Source: Desulfomonilia bacterium (lineage in GTDB: Bacteria > Desulfobacterota > Desulfomonilia > UBA1062). Taken from it: a stretch of 64,000 bases of DNA. Below the pieces are notes generated by a model. The model saw only the letters and a list, made by a program, of their open reading frames with translations, searched no databases and had not been told where the DNA came from. Within the stretch, counting starts at the first letter, position 1. Each line of letters opens with the position of its first letter. The DNA is taken from positions 1 to 64,000 of the forward strand of contig CAXXDQ010000004.1 in NCBI GenBank assembly GCA_963664325.2. Direction: 5' to 3'. Positions 55,418-64,000 of the stretch are shown piece after piece. The position numbers were made by a program, and so were the translations under genes.

Positions 55418-56407
55418 CTAATTTTCATATAATGCAACAGACAGAGATGCATAATCCCCAATTTCATCACCCAATGCAGAAGGCAGGACCTCACAGGCAT
55501 CACGTGAGATGTCGAGTGCTTCAGACATTATTGCTTTTTTCGCTTCCGGCCACAGCAGACCGTAGCTGCGTGCAAAGATGCTGCCTATTACTATTTTATC
55601 CGGATTCAGTATATCTATCAACAGGGCCAGCCCCATACCCAGATAATGGCCGCTTATTGTATATATCTCTATTGCAACAGGATCACCTTTAAATGCGGCC
55701 TCGGCAACCATTTTTGCATCAAGGGATTTCGCCATCTCAGGAGTAGGACAAAAATCTACTTTTACCCCGTTCTTCAGCCTCTCCAGCACCTTTGTTTCTG
55801 CAAGCCTGGCAATACCCCCGCCGCTGCAAAAACCTTCGAGGGACCCCTGTTTCCCATAACCCAGGGGGCCGGTTTTTTCTATTCTTATATGCCCAACCTC
55901 TCCGGCCATTCCACTTGCGCCAGAGTATAGCCTGCCGTCAAAGATAAGGCCTGCGCCGAAGCCTGTCCCGAATGTCAGAAAGACCATGTTTCTGCAACCC
56001 TTGCCTGCACCGTAACGCCATTCCGCAAGCGCACAGGCATTTGCATCGTTCTGTAGAACAATTTTCACACCAAGCCTCTTCTGAAAATATTTGACTATAG
56101 GTACTTTATCCCACCCCGGTAGATTCGGCGGTGTCAGGATAAGCCCTTTTTCGATATCAAGGGGCCCCCCGCAGCTTATTCCGGCTGCACTCAGCCCGCA
56201 ATTGCTATTTTCATCACGTAATTCCTCTATATAAAAAGTTATCCTGTTGAGGGTCTCCTTCCAGGATTTGCACGAATCAGTTGAAAAAGATCTCTTTCCT
56301 ATTATTTTAATACCGCTGTTTTCTTCATAACCCAGGACTACCGAGCACTTTGTTCCCCCAATGTCAATCCCGGCAACAACTTCTCCTGTCAAGCTCAGAC
56401 CGGCCAA
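55418..56407 (-). CDS. ROK family sugar kinase
   Basis: GIDIGGTK, NDANACALAE, GTGFGAG, GEVGH; likely TTG start at 56407 after SD AGGAG. Confidence 0.9.
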   Translation of the reverse strand: MAGLSLTGEVVAGIDIGGTKCSVVLGYEENSGIKIIGKRSFSTDSCKSWKETLNRITFYIEELRDENSNCGLSAAGISCGGPLDIEKGLILTPPNLPGWDKVPIVKYFQKRLGVKIVLQNDANACALAEWRYGAGKGCRNMVFLTFGTGFGAGLIFDGRLYSGASGMAGEVGHIRIEKTGPLGYGKQGSLEGFCSGGGIARLAETKVLERLKNGVKVDFCPTPEMAKSLDAKMVAEAAFKGDPVAIEIYTISGHYLGMGLALLIDILNPDKIVIGSIFARSYGLLWPEAKKAIMSEALDISRDACEVLPSALGDEIGDYASLSVALYEN

Positions 56408-56411
56408 GGCT

Positions 56412-58919
56412 TTACTCCTGAAGTTCAATAAGATTTGTTTCAGATACATCAATATCTGGGTTATCAGGTATAAAGAATGTCTTGATCTCGCATGGACTGA
56501 ACCCTGCCTGCCATTGACGGCTGCAAAGACCAAATTTAATAGTCGCGACAACAGCTTTTCCATGAGTCTCGTAGCATCGGAGTATATAACCGCCGCCGTC
56601 TTCGGCCCTCTTGAATACGGTTGCAATGACATTGCCTGCCGAAACGGATATGCCCTCCATTTTTAGGCCTAAACCGCCTTCATGATATGTTTCAATAATC
56701 TGAACGACCGGCATGTTGAGCTCATATGCTTTTTTTACTGTTCCTGCTTCCTGCCAGGTTTCTCCATGAGAAAGAATAATATAATTGAACTCCTGCACGC
56801 CCTGATCCATGAATTCGCAGAATGAGTCACGCTCAGCATAGCCGTAATGATCTGCATATATAGGGCTCCTAACCGCACTTATACTGATTGTATTTTCCTT
56901 TGCACTGAAGCTGTATTTTGAATCAGTGAGCAGTGACAATCCGCAATGAATATTATTTTCAGGATGAGTCCCCGAGAGATCAACCCACTGCTGGGCAGGC
57001 TCTTCAAGACCGTTTGCCGGCCTTTCAATAAATCCATACGGGATTTCATAGACCGCATGGGGATCGGTTATATTAACCGGAAAGACTATTTTGAGCATCT
57101 TATGCTTTTCCCGCCAGTCGAGCTTCACGTTAACCTGAATCTCAGGTCTGTCATGGTAAATCATGTATTCCTGCTGCAGGAACGAGCCTTCATACCGGTT
57201 TGTCACCCTCAGCCTCGCCCTTACAGGGCCGGCTTCGAGAATATTTATCTCCGCGTTGCCAAACCGGCCTTCCTCCTTGTTGAATTCGAAGATGAAATGT
57301 GCCCAGGTATCGGAATCCTTTTCATCGATTACAATAGGGACAGCACCATATCCTGAAAGGATCTCTGCTCCAATGCGCTTATCGTAAAGACTGCTTATAA
57401 AACCTGTGCAGGGATCGATTTCAAGCTTTATAAAATCATTTTCAACCCGAGTTTCTGAAATGATCAATCTGCCGGCTGGTGCAACAGGTTCAAGTTCAAG
57501 GTTTTTACATATTCTGAAAACACTGTAGCCCATTGCCGGGATTTTTCCCATGAACAGGGTGTCCCATTTGTCGTCGAGGTTCATCTGAGGTGCGCGCACA
57601 TGCTGGATCATCATGGAGCGGCCCGCATCGTCGGTGACGGCCTTCACCTGCCTGTGTACCTGTATCGGGGCCTCGATCTCCCATGAGAGCGTATTGAAAA
57701 CCACAAGCGGGATTCCCCTGTTCTCATGCTCCCATAGTATCCAGTCAGTATCTTTGCACAAAGGGACGTCTTCGCCGCATGAGGTGTCTATGGCCCATGA
57801 TATTTTCTGCGCGGCGAAGTTCGCTTCATCTGATGCGATGTTCAACGCCTCGCCGTAGCCGCTGAAGACATCGTCGTACGCCTCTTTGATGCAGCAGCCT
57901 GTAATTGCGTCGTGGAACTGGTTGAACAGCACCTGCTGCCAGGCCTTTTCGAAGCGGGTGTTCGGAAAGGCCGAACCGGTAAGCAGCATGGCCGAGGCTG
58001 ATATCTTTTCCGCGGCAATGAGCCTGTTCTCGGCAAGCCTGTTCAACTTCTTTACGGCGGAGTGTGCGCAGTAGACGCCGCTTGCATGGTGCTGAAGGTC
58101 GTCTCTGACAACGGGGATATCCATGTTTTTGAGCTTCATGTCGCTGAAGTAGGCATCGGGAGAACTCATCACCAGGGAGTCTTTTCCCCATTCCTTTTTA
58201 AGGGCCTCGATCATTTTGAGGTTCGATATGGTTGGGCCGCCTCCGTGATTTCCCACGCCGAAAAAGCCCATAAGTTCGTATCCGAGCTGCGAGGACAATG
58301 ACTTTGTCGCAATAAGTTTCTGCTTCTCGGTCGGATCGGGACTGTTGGGATCTCCCCATTCCTGGTTGTAGCAGAACGGTATCCTGAATGCGAGAACACG
58401 GCTGCCGTCAGTGCTCTCCCACCAGAACAAAGGCCCCGGCAGGTCCTTTTCGTCATGGGAAGGCCTCATGAAGACATAGTTCTTCATCCCGCTTTTGGAT
58501 AAGATCTGCGGCAGCATGCCGCTGTGTCCGAACGAGTCGACATTATAGCCGGTCTTTGCAGTAAGACCGAACCTGCTTATGAAATAACGTTGCGAATAGA
58601 GGCCGTGACGAACGAACGATTCGCCGCAGGGAAGGTTGCAGTCGGGTTGTATCCACCAGCCGCCCACAATGTTCCATCTTCCTTCCATGACCCTTTGCCT
58701 TATCTCCTCGAACATGACGGGGGCGTTTTCTTCCACCCATTTGTAATAGAACGCGCTGCTGCAGGTAAAGGTAAAGTCCGGGAACTCTTTCATGCGCATG
58801 AGGACGGACAAAAAGGTCGCCTTCACCTCGGCGAGGCCCTGAGCCTTTTTCCAGAGCCAGACCGGGTCCAGATGGGCATTTCCTATAAGATGAATCTTAT
58901 AAGCAGTCCCGGTTTTCAT
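56412..58919 (-). CDS. Glycoside hydrolase family 38 alpha-mannosidase
   Basis: GNAHLDPVWLW, VGGWWIQPDCN, DSFGH, GNHGGGP, NQFHD. Confidence 0.93.
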   Translation of the reverse strand: MKTGTAYKIHLIGNAHLDPVWLWKKAQGLAEVKATFLSVLMRMKEFPDFTFTCSSAFYYKWVEENAPVMFEEIRQRVMEGRWNIVGGWWIQPDCNLPCGESFVRHGLYSQRYFISRFGLTAKTGYNVDSFGHSGMLPQILSKSGMKNYVFMRPSHDEKDLPGPLFWWESTDGSRVLAFRIPFCYNQEWGDPNSPDPTEKQKLIATKSLSSQLGYELMGFFGVGNHGGGPTISNLKMIEALKKEWGKDSLVMSSPDAYFSDMKLKNMDIPVVRDDLQHHASGVYCAHSAVKKLNRLAENRLIAAEKISASAMLLTGSAFPNTRFEKAWQQVLFNQFHDAITGCCIKEAYDDVFSGYGEALNIASDEANFAAQKISWAIDTSCGEDVPLCKDTDWILWEHENRGIPLVVFNTLSWEIEAPIQVHRQVKAVTDDAGRSMMIQHVRAPQMNLDDKWDTLFMGKIPAMGYSVFRICKNLELEPVAPAGRLIISETRVENDFIKLEIDPCTGFISSLYDKRIGAEILSGYGAVPIVIDEKDSDTWAHFIFEFNKEEGRFGNAEINILEAGPVRARLRVTNRYEGSFLQQEYMIYHDRPEIQVNVKLDWREKHKMLKIVFPVNITDPHAVYEIPYGFIERPANGLEEPAQQWVDLSGTHPENNIHCGLSLLTDSKYSFSAKENTISISAVRSPIYADHYGYAERDSFCEFMDQGVQEFNYIILSHGETWQEAGTVKKAYELNMPVVQIIETYHEGGLGLKMEGISVSAGNVIATVFKRAEDGGGYILRCYETHGKAVVATIKFGLCSRQWQAGFSPCEIKTFFIPDNPDIDVSETNLIELQE

Positions 58920-59051
58920 TTGAACTGACTTTCAGACTTTTTTCGGTTACATGCATTTGGGAGGATATAACACTTTTGAAAAAAACTTGAAATTGACAAA
59001 ACAGGGCGACTGTGGCCGCCCTTGATTCCTGATTTTATCAGGCTGCTGTTA

Positions 59052-59252
59052 TCAGGCTTTTAAAACGTTTGACGCCTGCGGGCCCTTGGGGCCGTTTGTT
59101 ACGTCAAATGTTACTCTTTCGCCTTCCTCAAGGGTTCTGAACCCGTCACTTTTAATTGCTGAAAAATGAACAAATACATCAGTTCCGCCTTCTTCCGTAA
59201 TGAAACCAAATCCTTTTTTCTCGTTAAACCACTTTACTGTTCCTTTTGCCAT
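59052..59252 (-). CDS. cspA: Cold-shock protein
   Basis: [18 protein letters not shown]...DVFVHFSAI...GPQASNV; SD GAGG before ATG 59252. Confidence 0.95.
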   Translation of the reverse strand: MAKGTVKWFNEKKGFGFITEEGGTDVFVHFSAIKSDGFRTLEEGERVTFDVTNGPKGPQASNVLKA

Positions 59253-59565
59253 GTTGAATACCTCTTCTTCCAGTGCCCAGCCCAGGCAATTGAGATGGTA
59301 CTGATTTTTATTATTTCTGAAACACGATTCTTTCGGCAAACACTTCAAGGTAAATTAGGATTTCCTTTAAGGTTTATTATTCCGGTTTATATGTATCGTA
59401 CGTCAGATGGTTGCATGGCTTATGCGATGTTTATAATATTGTCAACAAAATAGTATTACAGCAGTTTACTATTTTATAAATGTTTTGACATCTTGTTTTA
59501 TTTCTTGACAAGAAAGAATCGTATATGCAAATAGTATCCCCCTAATTTTAGAATTGAGGTGAGCA

Positions 59566-59700
59566 ATGAAGAGAACTTATCAGCCACACAACACGAGGCG
59601 GAAACGCACTCACGGATTTCTCGTTCGTATGCGCACTAGTGGCGGAAGACTGGTTATTAATAGAAGGAGGGCCAAGGGACGCAAGCGTTTGGCTGTTTGA
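59566..59700 (+). CDS. rpmH: 50S ribosomal protein L34 (missing from the ORF track)
   Basis: [44 protein letters not shown]. Confidence 0.98.
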   Translation: MKRTYQPHNTRRKRTHGFLVRMRTSGGRLVINRRRAKGRKRLAV

Positions 59701-60035
59701 TGTCAGACGAAAGATTCCCCAAGGAGTTAAGGCTTACTAAAAGGCGTGAGTTCAAGAAGGTTGACGAATACAAAGTTGAGCGTCTGATTACGAAAAATCT
59801 CATTATCCTGGTTGCACCTAATTCATTGAATCTTGCACGCATCGGTATCACAGTGAGCAGAAAAACTGGTAACGCAGTCAAGAGGAACCGGATCAAACGG
59901 CTGTTGCGTGAAGCCTTCCGCCTGAACAAACCTTGGTTTGAAACTGGTAAAGACTATGTTCTTATTGCAAGGTCTGGCAGAATTGACAGTTTAACCGGGA
60001 TTTCTCATGAGATCGAAAAAGTCCTGAAGAAGTGA
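59700..60035 (+). CDS. rnpA: Ribonuclease P protein component
   Basis: [32 protein letters not shown]. Confidence 0.96.
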   Translation: MSDERFPKELRLTKRREFKKVDEYKVERLITKNLIILVAPNSLNLARIGITVSRKTGNAVKRNRIKRLLREAFRLNKPWFETGKDYVLIARSGRIDSLTGISHEIEKVLKK

Positions 60036-60244
60036 TGCTGAAAAAAATCATATTCAATTTCATTAAGTTCTACCAATCGGCAATCTCTCCTTTTATCCCC
60101 TCAAGCTGCAGATTCCATCCAACATGTTCACAATATGCAATTGACGCCATTGACAAATATGGAATAGCCAAAGGAATGCTGAAAGCAGGCCTGAGAATAT
60201 TAAAATGCCATCCGTTTCACCCCGGCGGGTTTGATCCTGCTTAA
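60032..60244 (+). CDS. yidD: Membrane protein insertion efficiency factor
   Basis: [25 protein letters not shown]. Confidence 0.96.
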   Translation: MMLKKIIFNFIKFYQSAISPFIPSSCRFHPTCSQYAIDAIDKYGIAKGMLKAGLRILKCHPFHPGGFDPA

Positions 60245-60267
60245 CTAAACTATGGAGATTTGAAATT

Positions 60268-61926
60268 ATGGACAAAAAGACAATAATTGCCATTGCATTA
60301 TCTATTGCAATACTTTTTGCCTGGGATCATTTTGTGCTCAAACCCCAGAGGTTAAAAAACGTAAAGCCGCAAACAACACAGGAATTGCCTGTTAAAAGCA
60401 GTCCATCGCCTTCTCTCCCCAATGAAATGCCTGCTGCTCCAGTTACTACTGCCACAAACATTTCAGCTCCAGAAGAGTTTATCATCACCAATACCCCTTT
60501 AATTGAAGCAAAATGGAGCACGAAAGGAGCAAGTCTGGTTTCTCTTAAACTTAAAAAATACAATGAATATGCCCAGAAACCGAATCCTACCATTACGGAG
60601 CTTATTAAGAGGATGTTCAGTGAAGGTGCCCATCGTGTTAAATCCCCTGAACTTGTTCAGGCAATAAACACCCCTATGCCAGGAGTTTTCTTCACGGGCG
60701 GTGCAAGTGATGAAAATCTTATATTTACTGCAAATAAAACAGGTGTTGTGAACATTGACAAGGAGGCCTTTACACTGACATTTGAGACACCGGTTTCCGA
60801 CGGCATTGCCTTAAGAAAGACTTTTACAGTAGATCCCAAAACATATTTTATCGGATATAAAAATATTATTACAAACTCAACAAGCCAGACCAAGCCATTG
60901 GGGCTTAATGTAATACAAAAAGCATCATACCCTGTAGATGGTCAGTTATCTAAAACCACATTCAACGGACCGGCACTGTTGAACGGGAAACACCTTGAGG
61001 AATTCAAACTTTCAAAGATTAAAGAACCCGGTCAGTTTAGGCCTTTTCCAGGTAACATAAAATGGTTCGGTTATGAAGATACGTACTTTTTGAATGTAAT
61101 AGTTCCAATAAATTCACCTGTTGCTTCACTAAATATTTCAAGGCTGGACGATTTGATCATTGCCAGCTCATATTCACAGCAGTATGTGATTCCGCCCGGC
61201 AAAACTGTTGAACAGGACTTGGGTATGTATATCGGCCCCAAGGAGTACAATTCATTAAAACTTTATTCACAATACGGACTTAACACTGCACTGAGTTTCG
61301 GATTCTTCGACATTGTTGCAAAACCGCTATTGATAAGTATGAACTGGATAAATAAATACGTGGGCAGCTATGGATGGTCGATTATTATTCTGACTTTCAT
61401 TATCAAAATTATCCTTTATCCTCTTTCTTTAAAGAGTTTCAAATCCATGAAAGGGCTCCAGAAGATACAGCCATTGATGAAGGAACTCCAGGAAAAATAC
61501 AAGGACGACAGGCAGCGCCAGAACCAGGAACTAATGAAACTCTATAAAGACCATAAGATTAATCCGATGGGAGGCTGTCTTCCCCTGGTGCTTCAGATTC
61601 CTATACTGTTTGCCCTTTATAGGGTATTTCAGTCTGCAATCGAATTGCGTCAGACCCCTTTTCATATATTTGGAACATGGCTCCCAGACCTTTCTGCACC
61701 AGATCCTTATCTGATTACCCCTCTTCTTATGGGTGCAAGCTGGTTTATTCAGCAGAAAATGACCCCAACACCCGGTGATGCGATGCAGCAGAAAATAATG
61801 ATGATGATGCCGCTGATATTTACATTCATGTTCCTTACTTTCCCTTCAGGACTTGTTATTTACTGGCTTATCAGCAATATCCTATCTATAATCCAGCAGG
61901 TATATATTAATCGTGTACATGCATAA
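60268..61926 (+). CDS. yidC: Membrane protein insertase
   Basis: NPMGGCLPLVLQIPI, PSGLVIYWLISNILSIIQQ; operon position. Confidence 0.97.
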   Translation: MDKKTIIAIALSIAILFAWDHFVLKPQRLKNVKPQTTQELPVKSSPSPSLPNEMPAAPVTTATNISAPEEFIITNTPLIEAKWSTKGASLVSLKLKKYNEYAQKPNPTITELIKRMFSEGAHRVKSPELVQAINTPMPGVFFTGGASDENLIFTANKTGVVNIDKEAFTLTFETPVSDGIALRKTFTVDPKTYFIGYKNIITNSTSQTKPLGLNVIQKASYPVDGQLSKTTFNGPALLNGKHLEEFKLSKIKEPGQFRPFPGNIKWFGYEDTYFLNVIVPINSPVASLNISRLDDLIIASSYSQQYVIPPGKTVEQDLGMYIGPKEYNSLKLYSQYGLNTALSFGFFDIVAKPLLISMNWINKYVGSYGWSIIILTFIIKIILYPLSLKSFKSMKGLQKIQPLMKELQEKYKDDRQRQNQELMKLYKDHKINPMGGCLPLVLQIPILFALYRVFQSAIELRQTPFHIFGTWLPDLSAPDPYLITPLLMGASWFIQQKMTPTPGDAMQQKIMMMMPLIFTFMFLTFPSGLVIYWLISNILSIIQQVYINRVHA

Positions 61927-61943
61927 AGGAGGAAACTGCCATA

Positions 61944-62669
61944 ATGGAATACAGGGAATTTGAGGGCAGATCGGTTGATGAAGCAATAGTTCAGGCCATG
62001 AGGGCTTTTCGTGTAAGTTTTGAGGATCTTGATATACAGGTCATCGTTGAGGCTTCAAAGGGGTTCCTAGGAATGGGGGGAAAGAATGCCAAGATCAAGG
62101 CACGGCTGGCAACAATAGACAATGATGATTCATCGGTAGATATGGATGACACTATTCTTGAAATATCGGAATCTCTTTCTGCTGAAGATCTAGCTTCATC
62201 CAAAGAGGTCCCGGAGCAGGTCCTGAATGAAATGAAAGGCGTTCTTACTGAGATTATAGAAAAAATGCACATGGACTATAAGGTTAAGCTCAGGAACGAC
62301 GGCGTACTGGAAATAGAGGGTGACGGTACCGGGCTTCTTATTGGGAAGCATGGACAAACACTCGATGCACTGCAATTCATTATCAACCGTATCGCCAATA
62401 AAAACAGAGAAGATATGGTTCACATAACACTTGATACCGAGCAATACAGAGAGCGTCACATCGAACGCCTTAAATCCATGGCCATAAAAATGGGACAAAA
62501 AGCAAGAAAAACAGGTAAATCGGTATCACTTGAAATGATGAATCCGTATGATCGCAGAATAATCCACCTAACTTTAAAAGGCGAACCTGACCTGAGCACA
62601 AGAAGCATTGGGGAAGGGGTTTTTAAAAAGGTGGTTATCCAGCCCAAAGCGAGGAAACAGCCACGGTAA
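61944..62669 (+). CDS. jag: Jag/EloR (KhpB) RNA-binding protein
   Basis: Jag_N, KH motif LLIGKHGQTLDALQ, R3H motif DRRIIH. Confidence 0.95.
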   Translation: MEYREFEGRSVDEAIVQAMRAFRVSFEDLDIQVIVEASKGFLGMGGKNAKIKARLATIDNDDSSVDMDDTILEISESLSAEDLASSKEVPEQVLNEMKGVLTEIIEKMHMDYKVKLRNDGVLEIEGDGTGLLIGKHGQTLDALQFIINRIANKNREDMVHITLDTEQYRERHIERLKSMAIKMGQKARKTGKSVSLEMMNPYDRRIIHLTLKGEPDLSTRSIGEGVFKKVVIQPKARKQPR

Positions 62670-63979
62670 AACCTTCAACCGTTTTTGCCGAATCATCACC
62701 AAGAGGGACAGGTGCTATAAGTATTATAAGGATAACCGGCCCTGAAACTATTGAAATATTGCGTTCAATAACCGGCATGCATGAATGGACTCCACACTTT
62801 CAGAAAATGACCGGAATAAAAAGCCCTGAAGGAAAACATGTCGATACTGTAATGGCTGTATTTCACCCCGGTCCGTCATCTTATACAGGGGAGGATACGG
62901 CTGAGATCAGCTGCCATGGAAATCCTCTTTTGGTTAAGGCAATTACCGATATCATAATCTCCACAGGTCTTGCAGTACCGGCAGAAAGGGGAGAATTTAC
63001 CTTAAGGGCATTCCAGAACGGAAAAATGGATATTGCCAAGGCTGAAGCGATTTGTGCACTGATAGGTGCAAAAAGTTACAGCGGGATTGAAATGGCTAAA
63101 AGCCTTATGAGCGGTGAATTATTTAAAGACATAACGTCAATTAAAGATGACCTTGAAAAAACATATGCGGATTTTGAGGCTTCATTCATACTCGATGAAA
63201 TTGAACCTGATATCAACAACCTTCTTAAGAAAACAGAACGGGCAAGAGCAAGGCTCACGGAATACAAAACCTCCCATAACAATAACTGCTACGCCTATTC
63301 CGGTATTCGCACGGCAATTGCCGGATTGCCGAATGCAGGCAAGTCCTCTCTGTTTAACGCAATACTCGGATATGAACGCGCAATAGTTCACGAAGAAGAA
63401 GGGACTACCCGTGATGTAATAAAAGAACATCTTGAATTTGATGGCCTGGATTTCATATTTCTTGATACGGCCGGATTAAGGGAGGCCGGGAAAGGTCCTG
63501 AAGCGACCGGAATTGAAATGACCAAGCACGCTATAGAAAATGCGGACTTGGTACTTTACGTTATAGACTCCGTAAAAGGCGCCACCGACAAGGACATGCA
63601 ATGGCTTTCCAAAAGGAACCATACGATAGCCGTTCTTAATAAAACAGACCTTATCAGTAAACCGGCCGATTTGCCTGATGATATCATCTCGGTAAGTGTA
63701 TCAGCAAAATATAAAATCGGCATTGATAGGCTTTTAAACACGATGAGGGATCAGTTTCCCAAAGGACTTCCCGATCTTTTTATTGAGAGGCATGGTGTAC
63801 TGATCAATAGAGCCCTTGAATCACTCGATGCCTTTAGTGAACGGGCATTTGCAGTAACGCCCGATGCCTTAATAATGGACTTGAAGGATGCTATCAGAAC
63901 CTTAAAATCCATGCTCGGTGAAGAAATGAGCCAGGACATGCTTGATGATATTTTTTCCAGATTTTGTGTGGGCAAGTGA
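62663..63979 (+). CDS. mnmE: tRNA modification GTPase (start inferred upstream of the ORF call)
   Basis: SYTGED..EISCHG, GEFTLRAF, GLPNAGKSS, DTAG, NKTD, FCVGK; the conserved N-terminal GAISIIRITG lies upstream of 62759. Confidence 0.95.
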   Translation, partial: TVKPSTVFAESSPRGTGAISIIRITGPETIEILRSITGMHEWTPHFQKMTGIKSPEGKHVDTVMAVFHPGPSSYTGEDTAEISCHGNPLLVKAITDIIISTGLAVPAERGEFTLRAFQNGKMDIAKAEAICALIGAKSYSGIEMAKSLMSGELFKDITSIKDDLEKTYADFEASFILDEIEPDINNLLKKTERARARLTEYKTSHNNNCYAYSGIRTAIAGLPNAGKSSLFNAILGYERAIVHEEEGTTRDVIKEHLEFDGLDFIFLDTAGLREAGKGPEATGIEMTKHAIENADLVLYVIDSVKGATDKDMQWLSKRNHTIAVLNKTDLISKPADLPDDIISVSVSAKYKIGIDRLLNTMRDQFPKGLPDLFIERHGVLINRALESLDAFSERAFAVTPDALIMDLKDAIRTLKSMLGEEMSQDMLDDIFSRFCVGK

Positions 63980-64000
63980 TGTACAGCCTCTTGAATATCT

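Noticed and set aside
56408-56632. N-terminal extension of the ROK protein as a repressor HTH
   Set aside because: It overlaps the GH38 3' end; an SD and TTG at 56407 give a normal kinase.
59253-59565. oriC upstream of rpmH
   Set aside because: No dnaA (the divergent gene is cspA) and no TTATCCACA-like boxes seen.
33541-64000. Right segment as a horizontally acquired island
   Set aside because: It carries core genes (rpmH, yidC, mnmE, mnmG, rlmN), begins mid-gene and has no integrase; a contig join is the simpler explanation.

Overview
The window looks like two unrelated genomic pieces joined at about 33540. Bases 1-33540 are AT-rich and Ignavibacteria/Chlorobi-like (inference from a TonB receptor-PorV-T9SS cargo cluster and a stand-alone atpD-atpC pair). 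This part also holds two hybrid histidine kinases, a metal-efflux operon, three paralogous outer-membrane proteins, SOD, IscA, many intergenic palindromes and MITEs, and many single-base frameshifts that look like long-read errors. Bases 33541-64000 are GC-richer and resemble an anaerobic deltaproteobacterium. They carry an MlaD tail, mnmG, pilW, rlmN, a glycyl radical enzyme (GRE) region with aldehyde dehydrogenase, CoA ligase and 2-hydroxyacyl-CoA dehydratase genes, a glpD/MFS/ROK/GH38 cluster, cspA, and rpmH-rnpA-yidD-yidC-jag-mnmE. The best novelty candidates are: (1) a His-containing leader ORF ending in IWKPP whose W-K-P codons can pair with the downstream Shine-Dalgarno (SD) of a Zn-ribbon/CDF operon; (2) a free-standing copy of the GRE glycyl-radical domain, a possible spare part for a non-PFL GRE; (3) a 112-nt leader that is identical in front of two diverged OMP paralogues; (4) a 225-bp MITE inserted in the centre of a REP-like palindrome with a 10-bp target-site duplication. 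All calls were made by eye; no searches were run.
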